Shown here piece by piece: positions 18,913 through 28,292 of a DNA stretch of 64,000 nucleotides (its first letter is position 1; every line of letters starts with the position of its first letter). Origin of the DNA: Thermoanaerobaculia bacterium (GTDB lineage Bacteria > Acidobacteriota > Thermoanaerobaculia > Multivoradales > Multivoraceae); contig OY761158.1 of the NCBI GenBank assembly GCA_963664405.1, positions 5,568,001 to 5,632,000 of the forward strand, in the 5' to 3' direction. The position numbers were made by a program, and so were the translations under genes. The notes under the pieces were generated by a model that searched no databases, had not been told where the DNA came from, and worked only from the letters and a program-made list of their open reading frames with translations.

Positions 18913-19458
18913 TCAGCTACCCAGTACCTTTCGTCCTGCGAGAATGAGCGCGAGCGCGCTCGGAGCGTCTTGGACGCCCCCGCCGAGAGCCAGCTCGACC
19001 GCTTGCTCCAGTGGAAGGTATACGAGCTCCATCTGCTCGGTCGGCTCTCGACGTAGGGTCCCGGTCTGTTGGAGCCCGGTAGCGAGGAAGAGGTGGAAGC
19101 GCTCATCGCTGATGCCGTCGCAGCTGAAGAAGGAGCCTAGAGGGGTCAGATCGTTGGCGATCCATCCGGTTTCCTCTTCCAGCTCTCGGTGAGCCCCCTG
19201 TACCGGACTGTCTCCATCCAAGGAACCGGATGGGCATTCGAGGAGAGTCTCTTGCACGGTGTAGCGATAGACGCGCTCGAGGAGGACACGTCCGTCGTCG
19301 AGCAGGGGTACGACCATGGAAAAACCGGGGTGCACGACCACCGTGTAGGTGATGTCCTCTCCGGTCGGCAGCTCGACTTGATCTTCACGGACCTTGAACC
19401 AGCCGGTGTCGAGGAGGTAGCGTGACTTCTGTGTCTTCCAGCCGCCGTCGTGCTTCAT
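18913..19458 (-). CDS. NUDIX hydrolase (ADP-ribose pyrophosphatase-like)
   Basis: LECPSG...GAHRELEEETG Nudix box. Confidence 0.9.
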   Translation of the reverse strand: MKHDGGWKTQKSRYLLDTGWFKVREDQVELPTGEDITYTVVVHPGFSMVVPLLDDGRVLLERVYRYTVQETLLECPSGSLDGDSPVQGAHRELEEETGWIANDLTPLGSFFSCDGISDERFHLFLATGLQQTGTLRREPTEQMELVYLPLEQAVELALGGGVQDAPSALALILAGRKVLGS

Positions 19459-19489
19459 GCCCCTCTTATATCAGCAGGGCCGCTCCCTC

Positions 19490-19993
19490 GTGACTCAGAA
19501 CATCTCTTGTGAGGTCGGCCGGCGAGAGGATCTCCTGCCGTTTCTCGATCTCCTCGAGGAAGCGGAGAGCTGGCTCTCGGCACGAGGCATCTGGCAATGG
19601 CAGCGGGGGTCGCATCGGCGTCAGCTTTCGCGACTCGATCGCTTCCTCGGGTCAGGATCGCTGCTTGTAGCCTGGCAGGGCGAGAGGCTTGCCGGAGGGT
19701 GCCTGGTGACCCCCACTCCCTACGATGCCTGGCGAGGGCACCCGGGCTCCGCCGCCTATCTGGAGAAGTTGGTGGTTGCGCGTTTCGCCTCGGGCCGATC
19801 TTCGGGTACTCGCCTGATGAGCTTTGCCGAGCGTTGGTCTCGCGACCAGGGTATGGACCTGCTTCGCCTCGATTGCCTTGACGAGAGCGAGAGAATGCGT
19901 CGCTACTATCGCGACCTCGGTTTTCGAGAGCTCGAGGTGACGACCAAGGGTGCTCAGAGGGTGCGGCTCTTCGAGAAGCCGCTGGCGGGCTAA
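19490..19993 (+). CDS. GNAT family N-acetyltransferase
   Basis: WL.ARGI.QW, YLEKLVV, LRLDC....RRYYRDLGF. Start uncertain (GTG 19490 or ATG 19457). Confidence 0.8.
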   Translation: MTQNISCEVGRREDLLPFLDLLEEAESWLSARGIWQWQRGSHRRQLSRLDRFLGSGSLLVAWQGERLAGGCLVTPTPYDAWRGHPGSAAYLEKLVVARFASGRSSGTRLMSFAERWSRDQGMDLLRLDCLDESERMRRYYRDLGFRELEVTTKGAQRVRLFEKPLAG

Positions 19994-20841
19994 ACCTCGA
20001 GGCGGTAGACGTCTCCGTCGCGAACGACCTTGCCGGCGCTTGGGGTGGCGAAGTGGGTGCCGATGACGAGGACCGGGTTGTCAGCGAGCTCTTCGAGCTT
20101 AGCGAGCCGGGTCGCTTTGGCGATCTTCTGGTCCCAATCGGCGCTCGAACACCAGTCGAGCCGGGCCAGTTGGCAGGGGTGGTGAATGAAGTCGCCGGTG
20201 ATCAGAGCTTCATCGCCCTGTGAGGAAATGCGGACGCTCACGTGGCCTGGAGTATGCCCACGGCTGGGCTCGAGTCGAATCTCCGGGCAGAGCTGGTGAT
20301 CGACTTCGACCAGCTGGTGCAGGTCGGCTTCGACAATGGGTCGGACCGAGTCGTCGATGGCGTCGCTGTACTGATCGCCGGTCTCCTGCTCACCCCAATG
20401 CTCCCACTCTTCGCGGCCGAAGAGGTATCGAGCGTTGGGGAAAGTCGGGACCCAGGAGCCGTCGACCAGGCGGGTATTCCAGCCGACATGATCGACGTGG
20501 AGGTGGGTACAGAGGACGGTGTCGATCGACTCGGCGGCGAATCCGGCCGCGGCGAGATCTTCGAGGAACGGACCGCTGCGCATATGCCAGGGTGGAATGC
20601 TGCGGGCCTTGTCGTTGCCGACGCAGGTGTCGATGACGATCCGGTGCTGCGGTGTCTCCACTATCAGGGCATGAATGCTCATGATGAGGTTGCCGTCGGC
20701 GTCGGCGAAGTGAGGCCGCAACCAGGCGATCGGCTTGACCTCATCGCGCACGGCGTCCGGGAGGATGAAACGTGTGCCACCGGCGATCTCGAGCTCTACG
20801 ACTCTGGTGATCTTGACGTCACCGATCTGCCACTTGTTCAT
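19990..20841 (-). CDS. Metallo-beta-lactamase-fold hydrolase (lactonase-like)
   Basis: THLHVDHVGWN, PTFPNARY, GHTPGH, ITGD, THF. Confidence 0.9.
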   Translation of the reverse strand: MNKWQIGDVKITRVVELEIAGGTRFILPDAVRDEVKPIAWLRPHFADADGNLIMSIHALIVETPQHRIVIDTCVGNDKARSIPPWHMRSGPFLEDLAAAGFAAESIDTVLCTHLHVDHVGWNTRLVDGSWVPTFPNARYLFGREEWEHWGEQETGDQYSDAIDDSVRPIVEADLHQLVEVDHQLCPEIRLEPSRGHTPGHVSVRISSQGDEALITGDFIHHPCQLARLDWCSSADWDQKIAKATRLAKLEELADNPVLVIGTHFATPSAGKVVRDGDVYRLEV

Positions 20842-20974
20842 CGTCCCGTCCCCCTCTCAGAAGCCCTGCCGGGCCCGCGTTTCTTCGTCGAAGGACGAGA
20901 ATAGCGTTTTAGGGACGGCGCAGCATAGCCAACCCCTCTTGCCTGAGGAGACTCGGCAAGCCGAAGGGCGTACC

Positions 20975-21577
20975 ATGGACCCCGTGCAACAGTTTCTGGG
21001 GCTCACGGCTTTGCTCTTCGCGAGCTTCTGTGCGCAGGATCTCGCTCAACTGCGTTCCGAAGAGCCGAGGCCGGGGGATCTGCTGATTGCCGGCACCGCG
21101 CTCAGCGATCCCAACTTCGCAGAGTCGGTGGTGTTGTTGCTGGAGGCTGGCCCGGAGGGCGCGGGCGGCGTGATCCTCAATCGACCGATGCCGATCCAGG
21201 TGTCGACTGTCATGCCTCAGATCGAAGAGCTCGAAGGCCGATCCGATGTTCTGCACTGGGGCGGCCCGGTCGAGCCCGGCGCGTCATTGATGCTGGTGCG
21301 CCGCGGCAGTGAACCCTCGGAAGGGTTGAAGGTTCTCGAAGGTGTCTACGTCGTGCGGAGTACCGAGAGTCTGCGTCAGCTCTTGCTCCTCGGCATCCCG
21401 GAGAACGATCTGCGTGTCTTCGGTGGCTATGCCGGCTGGTCTCCTGGACAGCTCGAGTGGGAGATTGCCAATGGCGGCTGGCGCCTGCGCCGCGCGAGCG
21501 CGCGCTGGATCTTCGACGTGGAGCCGTCTGAGCTCTGGGAGAAGCTCATCAAACTCGCCCGTTCCCCGGTGGTTTGA
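20975..21577 (+). CDS. YqgE/AlgH family protein (signal-peptide-like N-terminus)
   Basis: LLIA..DPNFAESVVLL, GVILNRP, WGGPV, GYAGWSPGQLEWEI..GGW. Confidence 0.88.
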   Translation: MDPVQQFLGLTALLFASFCAQDLAQLRSEEPRPGDLLIAGTALSDPNFAESVVLLLEAGPEGAGGVILNRPMPIQVSTVMPQIEELEGRSDVLHWGGPVEPGASLMLVRRGSEPSEGLKVLEGVYVVRSTESLRQLLLLGIPENDLRVFGGYAGWSPGQLEWEIANGGWRLRRASARWIFDVEPSELWEKLIKLARSPVV

Positions 21578-21651
21578 GGGCGAAGAGCGCCGAATCGCGT
21601 GCTAACGTAGCGGGTCACTAATCACTGACTTCTCGCAGGTTACCAGGCGCC

Positions 21652-22158
21652 ATGAACCACGACAGCTATTCGGATGCCTACATTCTCGGGATCCTGGGCT
21701 CAGTGCGAACCTTTGCGATGGTCGGCGCGAGCTCCAACTGGAACCGACCCAGCTTCTTCGCCATGAAGTACCTTCAAGAGAAGGGTTTTCGCGTCATTCC
21801 GGTGAATCCTCGCTTGGCCGCCGCCGGCGAGGAGGTTCTCGGGGAGAAGGCCTACGCTTCGCTGGCTGAGGTTCCGGGGCCCTTCGAGATGGTTGATATC
21901 TATCGCAACTCGGAAGCGGCCGGTGGGATCGTCGACGAGACCATCGCGGTGGCGAAGGAGAAGGGGATTCGGGTGGTGTGGATGCAGCTGGGGGTTCGCA
22001 ATGACGATGCGGCGCTCAGAGCCGAACGGGCAGGCCTAGAGGTGGTGATGAATCGATGTCCCAAGATCGAATGGGGCCGGCTGCACTCAGAGCTGTCGTG
22101 GGGAGGCTTCAACTCGGGAGTCGTTAGCAGCCGGCGGAGGCGGTACGCGGTCGCATGA
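21652..22158 (+). CDS. CoA-binding protein (YccU-like)
   Basis: AMVGAS..RPS..MKYLQ..G..VIPVNP, WMQLG, MNRCPKIE. Confidence 0.9.
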   Translation: MNHDSYSDAYILGILGSVRTFAMVGASSNWNRPSFFAMKYLQEKGFRVIPVNPRLAAAGEEVLGEKAYASLAEVPGPFEMVDIYRNSEAAGGIVDETIAVAKEKGIRVVWMQLGVRNDDAALRAERAGLEVVMNRCPKIEWGRLHSELSWGGFNSGVVSSRRRRYAVA

Positions 22159-23459
22159 GGAGAGTGAGGGAAGAGAATTTCGGCTTCGAAACGCGGATGA
22201 TCCACACCGGCTCCCAGCCAGAACCGGTCACGGGCGCCCGTCAGACTCCCATTTACCAGACCACCGCCTATTCCTTTTATGATTCCGAGCACGCGGCTTC
22301 GCTGTTCAATCTCCAGACCTTCGGTTTTGTCTACTCGCGCATCGGCAACCCGACAGTGTCGGTGCTCGAGGAGCGCATCGCCAGCCTCGAAGGGGGGCGC
22401 GGCGGTACCTGCTGCGCGACCGGTCATTCGGCCCAGATCCTCACTTTCTTTTCTTTCATGCAGCCTGGTGATGCCTTCGTTGCGTCAGACAAGCTCTATG
22501 GTGGCTCGATAACCCAGTTCGGCAAGACCTTCAAGAAATTCGATTGGCATGTCGAGTTCGTGGATGTGGACGATCTCGATGCTGTTCGCGCAGCGGTGGG
22601 CCCTGCGACCAAGGCCCTCTTTGTCGAGAGCTTGGCCAATCCGGGTGGAGTCATCAGTGACCTAGAGCCTCTGGCCGAGATTACGGCTGCGGCAGGCTGC
22701 CCGCTAATCGTCGACAACACTCTGGCGACTCCTTATTTGTGCCGTCCCATCGAGTGGGGGGCGGACCTCGTGGTTCACTCGACGACCAAGTTCCTGTCCG
22801 GCAACGGCACCTCGATGGGGGGCTGCGTTGTCGACAGTGGCCTCTTCGACTGGGCGCAGAACGACAAATATGGTGGCTTGACGCAGCCGGAGCCCGCGTA
22901 CCATGGCCTCACTTTCTATGAGACCTTCGGGGATCTGGCTTTCACCAGCCATGCTCACGCGGTTGGTTTGCGTGATCTGGGGCCGAGCATGGCGCCGATG
23001 AATGCCTTTCAGACCATCCTCGGCACCGAGACCTTGAGCCTGCGCATGGACCGGCACTGTGCCAACGCTCTCGAAATCGCGAGCTTTCTCGAGGAGCATC
23101 CCCGGGTCACCTGGGTCTCTTATGCCGGCTTGGAGTCAAGCCCCTATCATCAGAAGGCGCTCAAATATCTTCCTCTGGGTGCCGGCTCGGTTTTCACCTT
23201 CGGCGTTGATGGAGGCTACGATGCGGGTCTGCGCTTGGTCGAGAGCTGTGAGCTCTTCTCTCACCTCGCCAATGTGGGTGACGCTCGATCTCTCATCCTT
23301 CACCCGGCCTCGACCACCCATCGTCAGCTCAGCGAGGAGCAGCGGGTGCAGGCCGGGGCGGGACCGGACGTCGTTCGCCTTTCAATCGGGCTGGAGACTT
23401 GCGGCGATCTGATCGCCGACCTCGACAGGGCGTTAGCCAGGGCTGCCGAGGTCCGGTGA
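22155..23459 (+). CDS. metY: O-acetylhomoserine aminocarboxypropyltransferase (sulfhydrylase)
   Basis: FETRMIH, PIYQTTAY, YSRIGNPT, VDNTLATP, HSTTKFLSGNG, HLANVGDARSL..HPASTTHRQL. Confidence 0.93.
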   Translation: MRRVREENFGFETRMIHTGSQPEPVTGARQTPIYQTTAYSFYDSEHAASLFNLQTFGFVYSRIGNPTVSVLEERIASLEGGRGGTCCATGHSAQILTFFSFMQPGDAFVASDKLYGGSITQFGKTFKKFDWHVEFVDVDDLDAVRAAVGPATKALFVESLANPGGVISDLEPLAEITAAAGCPLIVDNTLATPYLCRPIEWGADLVVHSTTKFLSGNGTSMGGCVVDSGLFDWAQNDKYGGLTQPEPAYHGLTFYETFGDLAFTSHAHAVGLRDLGPSMAPMNAFQTILGTETLSLRMDRHCANALEIASFLEEHPRVTWVSYAGLESSPYHQKALKYLPLGAGSVFTFGVDGGYDAGLRLVESCELFSHLANVGDARSLILHPASTTHRQLSEEQRVQAGAGPDVVRLSIGLETCGDLIADLDRALARAAEVR

Positions 23460-24637
23460 CGACCGAGGCTACTCAGCGAGACGTCGAGAGCTCGTATGGC
23501 CAGGTCGAGACGCGCTTCTTCACCTTCGCCACCGAGGACGGGCCGATGCAGCTTCGTTCGGGCCAGACCCTGGGGCCCGTCACTCTCGCCTTCGAGACCT
23601 ACGGCGAGCTCAACGAGGAGAAGAATAATGCCGTTCTGGTGTTTCATGCTCTTACCGGAAGCCAGCATGCTGCCGGGGTCAACCCTCGAGTCGAGGCGGT
23701 AGGCGAGCTGTGGAACAAGGACTGCCAGCTAGGCTGGTGGGACCTTTTCGTCGGACCCGGCAAGGTGGTCGACACCGATCGTTTCTACGTCATCTGCGCT
23801 AACTACTTGGGAGGCTGCTACGGCTCGAGTGGCCCCCTCTCTGTGCCGTCCGGCGCGGCCGAGCCTTACGGGGCTGACTTTCCCAGGGTCGCGTTCGTCG
23901 ACACTGTCGACGGCAATGCAAGGCTTCTCGATCACCTCGGGGTCGAGCGGCTCCACGCGGTCGTCGGGGCGTCGACCGGAGGCCTTGCTTGCCTCAGCTT
24001 TGCGACCCGCTATCCCGACCGGGTCGAGCGGGTTGTGCCGATAGCTTCCGGACTCCTCACCACACCGCTGCAGCGAGTGCAGAACTTCGAGCAGATCATG
24101 GCGATCCAGAATGATCCGGCCTTCAAGGGGGGCCACTACGAGCCCGGTGAACCACCGCGGCAGGGGATGGTTCTTGCCCGCATGATCAGCCATAAGCTCT
24201 TCGTCTCGCTGCGCGACATGGAGCAGCGATCCAAGGGTGAGATCGCCGCCGGCGGCACGGAGAACGGCTGGTACGGGGTCGCGCACCCGCTGGAGTCCTA
24301 CATGCTCCATCAGGGGCAGAAGCTGCCTCAACGCTTCGACGCCAACTCCTATCTGCGGATTCTCGACGCATGGCAGACCTTCGACCTTCTCGGCGACGCC
24401 GGTGCTGAGAGCTTCGCCGAGCTTTTCTCGCGCTGCCGACACCAACGCTATTTGGTTTTCACCATCGACTCGGATATGTGCTTTCAGCCTGACGAGCAGC
24501 TACGTCTGGAGATCACTCTCGAGAACGCGGGCATCGAAAACCTCCGAGTGACAGTTCACTCTCTCAAGGGGCACGACTCCTTCTTGCTCGAGCCCCAGCT
24601 TTACGGACCCCACCTGGAGTTCTTTCTGAAGAATTGA
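23456..24637 (+). CDS. metX: Homoserine O-acetyltransferase
   Basis: ETYGELN...NAVLVFHALTG, GWW..VGPG..DT, GASTGG nucleophile elbow, FDANSY, GHDSFL; GTGA overlap with metY. Confidence 0.9.
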   Translation: MTTEATQRDVESSYGQVETRFFTFATEDGPMQLRSGQTLGPVTLAFETYGELNEEKNNAVLVFHALTGSQHAAGVNPRVEAVGELWNKDCQLGWWDLFVGPGKVVDTDRFYVICANYLGGCYGSSGPLSVPSGAAEPYGADFPRVAFVDTVDGNARLLDHLGVERLHAVVGASTGGLACLSFATRYPDRVERVVPIASGLLTTPLQRVQNFEQIMAIQNDPAFKGGHYEPGEPPRQGMVLARMISHKLFVSLRDMEQRSKGEIAAGGTENGWYGVAHPLESYMLHQGQKLPQRFDANSYLRILDAWQTFDLLGDAGAESFAELFSRCRHQRYLVFTIDSDMCFQPDEQLRLEITLENAGIENLRVTVHSLKGHDSFLLEPQLYGPHLEFFLKN

Positions 24638-24662
24638 GGCTGGAGCAGAGACGAGGCCGCTG

Positions 24663-26615
24663 ATGACGTTCGGTTGGAGACCGAGAGCAATGCCGAGAGA
24701 AGCTCTCTTCGGCGCCGTTGCTTTGCTCTGCATCCTTGTAGGGCATGGCTCTCCAGCGCTTGCCCAGACTGCGGGCGCGGTCGAGCCGTCAGCACAAGAG
24801 GGGGGCTCACCGCCGCAGTTGGAGAATCTCGAGGCCTTCCTCGACGGATTCATGGATGCCTACCTGGCCGAGGGCCCTGTTGCCGGTGGCGTCGTCGCGA
24901 TCGTGCAGCGGGGGGAGCTGGTTCTGGCTCGTGGCTACGGCTATGACGACTTGGAAGTGAGAAGGCCCGTAGATCCGGCGCGGACGTTATTTCGCCTCGG
25001 TTCGGTCTCGAAGCTCTTTGTATGGACTGCAGTCATGCAGCTCGTCGAGAGCGGCCAGTTGGATCTGGATGCCGACGTAAACCAATTTCTCGAGGGCTTC
25101 GAGCTTCCCGCCACCTTTGATACTCCGGTGACGATGGCGTCGTTGATGTCGCATACGGGCGGTTTCGAGGATCGCACCCTGGGTCTCTTTTCCAGAAGCT
25201 CCGATCTTCCGGCGCCTCTCGGCGCCATACTTGCGAGAGATTTTCCGGCCCGCGTGCGACCGCCGGGACAGTTCGCTTCCTACTCCAACCACGGAGCAGC
25301 ATTGGCGATGCACGTCGTCGAGCTTGTATCGGGGCAGCCTTGGAAGGAGTACCTAGCCGAGCATGTTTTCCAGCCGCTGACCATGGCGCGAACGACCTTC
25401 GAACAACCCGTGGGGCCTTCTCTCGGTTCCGACTTGGCGAAGGGGTATGGAGTGGTGGGGGGAGAGCTCGAGGAGGCGGGTTTCGAGGTCGTCCCGCTTG
25501 CTCCGGCGGGTGGCGCCTCTGCAACCGCAACCGATATGGCCCGCTTCATGGTCGCGCATCTCCAGCTGGGTGAATTTGGCGAGGCTCGGATTCTGCGTGA
25601 GGAGACGTCACGAAGAATGCACGGCGAGCTTTTTCGGCACGCGGACGGCGTCAATCCGATGGCCTACGGATTCGTCGACGGCAGCCGAAACGGTGAGCGC
25701 ATGATCGGGCATGGAGGAGACACAGTGCTCTTTCACTCCCTCCTACAGATCCTTCCCGAGCGCAAGCTCGGCATCTTTGTCGCCTTCAATACAGCGGGAG
25801 CCAACCCTGCCAAGCTGATCGATGCCTTTATGGACCGCTACTTCCCGGTGTCACCTCCGCCCCCTATCTCACCCCGCGATGGGTGGGAGGAACGCTTGTC
25901 GCTTCTGGTCGGTTCCTATCGATCCAACCGCTTCTCGCACAGCGATCTCACCAAGCTGCCTCGTCAGCGTAGAGTCGAGGTCACGAAGGCTGGCGACGGA
26001 GCGTTGTCGGTCAGCTCCAGTGGCGGAGCTCGCTGGCTCGAAGTCGAGCCCTTGCTCTTTCGTGAGGAGCATGGAGCTCGTACTCTCGCCTTCCGCCAAG
26101 AGGGGACTACCCGTGCCACTCACATGTTCGTCGGTGATCTGCCGATGATCGCCTTCGAGCGACCGCCCCTGCGCGAGGGCAGGCGTTTGCACCGCGGGTT
26201 GGCTTCTGTTTCGATTGTCCTCTTCGTCGGCACTCTAGTCCTTCTGCCTTTGGGTAGCTTTCTGCGCTGGCGATTCCGCGCACCTGTTGATCGAGATCGG
26301 CGTATCCCGCTGCCGGCACGAGCTCTGGTTTGGACTTCCTCTCTTATCTTTACGATCTTTTTCTTCGGCATGGCTCTCGAGCTGCAGGACTCGGTGCAGC
26401 TCGCCTTCGGGGTCACCACTCGCATGCGCCTTCTTCTCCTACTTCCGACGGTTGGAGGTCTGGTGGCGGCGGGGTCGTTTTTCTCTTTGCTGCGCCTCTG
26501 GCGTCGCCAGCAGGGCCGGCTCGGGCCACGCTTCGCTTACACCTTGGTCGTGCTCTCTTCCTTGACTTTTCTGTGGCAGCTGGCGATCTGGCAGCTGCTG
26601 AGCTTTCCCGGGTGA
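24663..26615 (+). CDS. Serine hydrolase (beta-lactamase class C/PBP-like) with C-terminal membrane segments
   Basis: FRLGSVSK (SxxK), LMSHTGG, YSN, GHGG; signal peptide and about four C-terminal TM helices. Confidence 0.88.
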   Translation: MTFGWRPRAMPREALFGAVALLCILVGHGSPALAQTAGAVEPSAQEGGSPPQLENLEAFLDGFMDAYLAEGPVAGGVVAIVQRGELVLARGYGYDDLEVRRPVDPARTLFRLGSVSKLFVWTAVMQLVESGQLDLDADVNQFLEGFELPATFDTPVTMASLMSHTGGFEDRTLGLFSRSSDLPAPLGAILARDFPARVRPPGQFASYSNHGAALAMHVVELVSGQPWKEYLAEHVFQPLTMARTTFEQPVGPSLGSDLAKGYGVVGGELEEAGFEVVPLAPAGGASATATDMARFMVAHLQLGEFGEARILREETSRRMHGELFRHADGVNPMAYGFVDGSRNGERMIGHGGDTVLFHSLLQILPERKLGIFVAFNTAGANPAKLIDAFMDRYFPVSPPPPISPRDGWEERLSLLVGSYRSNRFSHSDLTKLPRQRRVEVTKAGDGALSVSSSGGARWLEVEPLLFREEHGARTLAFRQEGTTRATHMFVGDLPMIAFERPPLREGRRLHRGLASVSIVLFVGTLVLLPLGSFLRWRFRAPVDRDRRIPLPARALVWTSSLIFTIFFFGMALELQDSVQLAFGVTTRMRLLLLLPTVGGLVAAGSFFSLLRLWRRQQGRLGPRFAYTLVVLSSLTFLWQLAIWQLLSFPG

Positions 26616-26619
26616 GGCC

Positions 26620-28038
26620 GTGAAGGAATCGCCGACTCGGACTTTGGCAGTGGATTGGTCCGGCGCCAAGGCGGCGGCTGAACGGCGTATCTGGCTTGCC
26701 GAGGTTGGAGACGACGGCTTGCATCGAGTCGAGCGCGGCCGCAGCCGGGACCAGATTGCCGAGCATCTCTGTGAGGAGGCAGGCCGCGACCCTCGTTTCG
26801 TGGTCGGCCTGGACTTCGCTTTCTCCTTCCCGCGCTGGTTCCTCGATCACCACGGCTGTGGGTCGGCCGAAGAGCTCTGGCGTCTTGCTCGTAGGCAGGG
26901 GAGTCAATGGAGCGAAGAGATTGAGCCGCCCTTCTTTAAAAAGGGGAGTTGGAACGACGATTGGAATCGTGACTTCCGGTACCACTCTCCTTACCGCAAG
27001 ACGGATCTAGACGTCCCGCTCCGCCCCGAGACCGTTTTCAGACTGATGGGGCAGCGACAGGTGGGGAAGGCGTCCTTAACGGGGCTCCCGGTCCTACTGC
27101 GTCTGCGCGAGGCGGGGTTCAGCATCTGGCCCTTTGATCCTCCCTCCTACCCGATGGCGTTCGAGATCTATCCCCGGCTGTTCTATGGCCATGCGGTCAA
27201 GAAGAGTGATCAAGCGTCGCGCCGCGCGTTCGTTGACGCTACTTTTCCGTCGCTCTCGCCGAAACAGAGGGAGCAGGTGACCGTCTCCGACGATGCGTTC
27301 GACGCCGCGGTGTCTGCCTTGAGCCTCTATCGTTACCGCGAGCGTTTTAAGAGTATCGAGCGTGAGACCGACCCCCTCTTTCTCAGCGAAGGTCGCATCT
27401 GGACCCCTGAGGCTCAGCTCCAGCTCTCGATTCGCAGCGGCGCCGAGACCTTCTCAGGGCGTCTGGCCGAGGCCTTCGCGACAGCCGTGCGTCTGCACGG
27501 CGGCCAGGTTCGAAAGGGATCACCGATCCCCTACATCTCTCATCTCATGGCAGTTACAGCTCTGGTCCTCGAGCAGGGAGGGAGTGAAGAGGAGGCGATC
27601 GGAGCTTTACTTCACGACGCCGCCGAGGATCAAGGCGGGGCGCCAGTCCTGGAAGAGATCCAACACCGCTTCGGGCGTCGGGTGGCAGAGCTCGTGCGCG
27701 GCTGCTCCGACAGCCTGGAGTCACCCAAAGCGCCTTGGCGGGAGCGCAAAGAGGCGTTCCTCGAGCGCCTCCCTACCGCTTCGGATGCGGTGCTGAATGT
27801 CGTGCTTGCCGACAAGGTCCACAATGCGCGTTCCTTGGTCAGGGATCTCGAGCGCGAGGGCAATCGAGCTTGGAGGCATTTCAGCGCTTCGCCCGAAGAG
27901 ACTCTTTGGTATTACGTTCAAGTCGCCGACTGTCTCCGCCGGCGCCCCGACCCGAGGCGAGCTCCCCAGCTCGCAGAGCTGGAGGAGTCGGTCCGCACGC
28001 TTGGCGTGAGTGTGGGGAGTGGGGAGGTGAAAGAGTGA
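26620..28038 (+). CDS. Fusion: DUF429-like RNase H-fold domain + HD-domain (Mesh1/SpoT-like) hydrolase
   Basis: N-term AVDWSGA, VGLDFAFSFP, EIYPRL, DAFDAA; C-term H.GQVRKG..PYISHL, ALLHDAAED, ADKVHNARS, WYY. Confidence 0.8.
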   Translation: MKESPTRTLAVDWSGAKAAAERRIWLAEVGDDGLHRVERGRSRDQIAEHLCEEAGRDPRFVVGLDFAFSFPRWFLDHHGCGSAEELWRLARRQGSQWSEEIEPPFFKKGSWNDDWNRDFRYHSPYRKTDLDVPLRPETVFRLMGQRQVGKASLTGLPVLLRLREAGFSIWPFDPPSYPMAFEIYPRLFYGHAVKKSDQASRRAFVDATFPSLSPKQREQVTVSDDAFDAAVSALSLYRYRERFKSIERETDPLFLSEGRIWTPEAQLQLSIRSGAETFSGRLAEAFATAVRLHGGQVRKGSPIPYISHLMAVTALVLEQGGSEEEAIGALLHDAAEDQGGAPVLEEIQHRFGRRVAELVRGCSDSLESPKAPWRERKEAFLERLPTASDAVLNVVLADKVHNARSLVRDLEREGNRAWRHFSASPEETLWYYVQVADCLRRRPDPRRAPQLAELEESVRTLGVSVGSGEVKE

Positions 28039-28292
28039 AAGAGTAAAGAAGTAAAGAAGTAAAGAAGTGAAGAAGTGAAGAAGTGAAGAGTAGGGAGTGA
28101 TGAGTGAGTGGTGAATAGTGGGGAGTAGGGAACTAGAACGGAAGGGCTGGCAGGTTAGTCATCCTCACCCGTGCCGTATCCCTCCACTCCAACTACTCAC
28201 TGCCTTGTTGACTACCATTCACTCTTCTTACTCTCTCACTCTTTTACTCTTTCACTCTCTTACTTCTTCACTTCCGCCTTCACTCCGCCTTC
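28006..28292. repeat. Inverted arrays of 7-8-nt purine-rich tandem repeats between convergent genes
   Basis: + strand GTGAAAGA x2, GTAAAGAA x3, GTGAAGAA x2 (28027-28082), then 7-mers; - strand GTGAAGAA, GTAAGAGA, GTGAAAGA, GTAAAAGA, GTGAGAGA (~28230-28272). Confidence 0.85.

Noticed and set aside
28006-28292. CRISPR array, or the 159-aa ORF at 28118
   Set aside because: Units are 7-8 nt with no spacers and no cas genes; the ORF is low-complexity and antisense to the PP2C gene.
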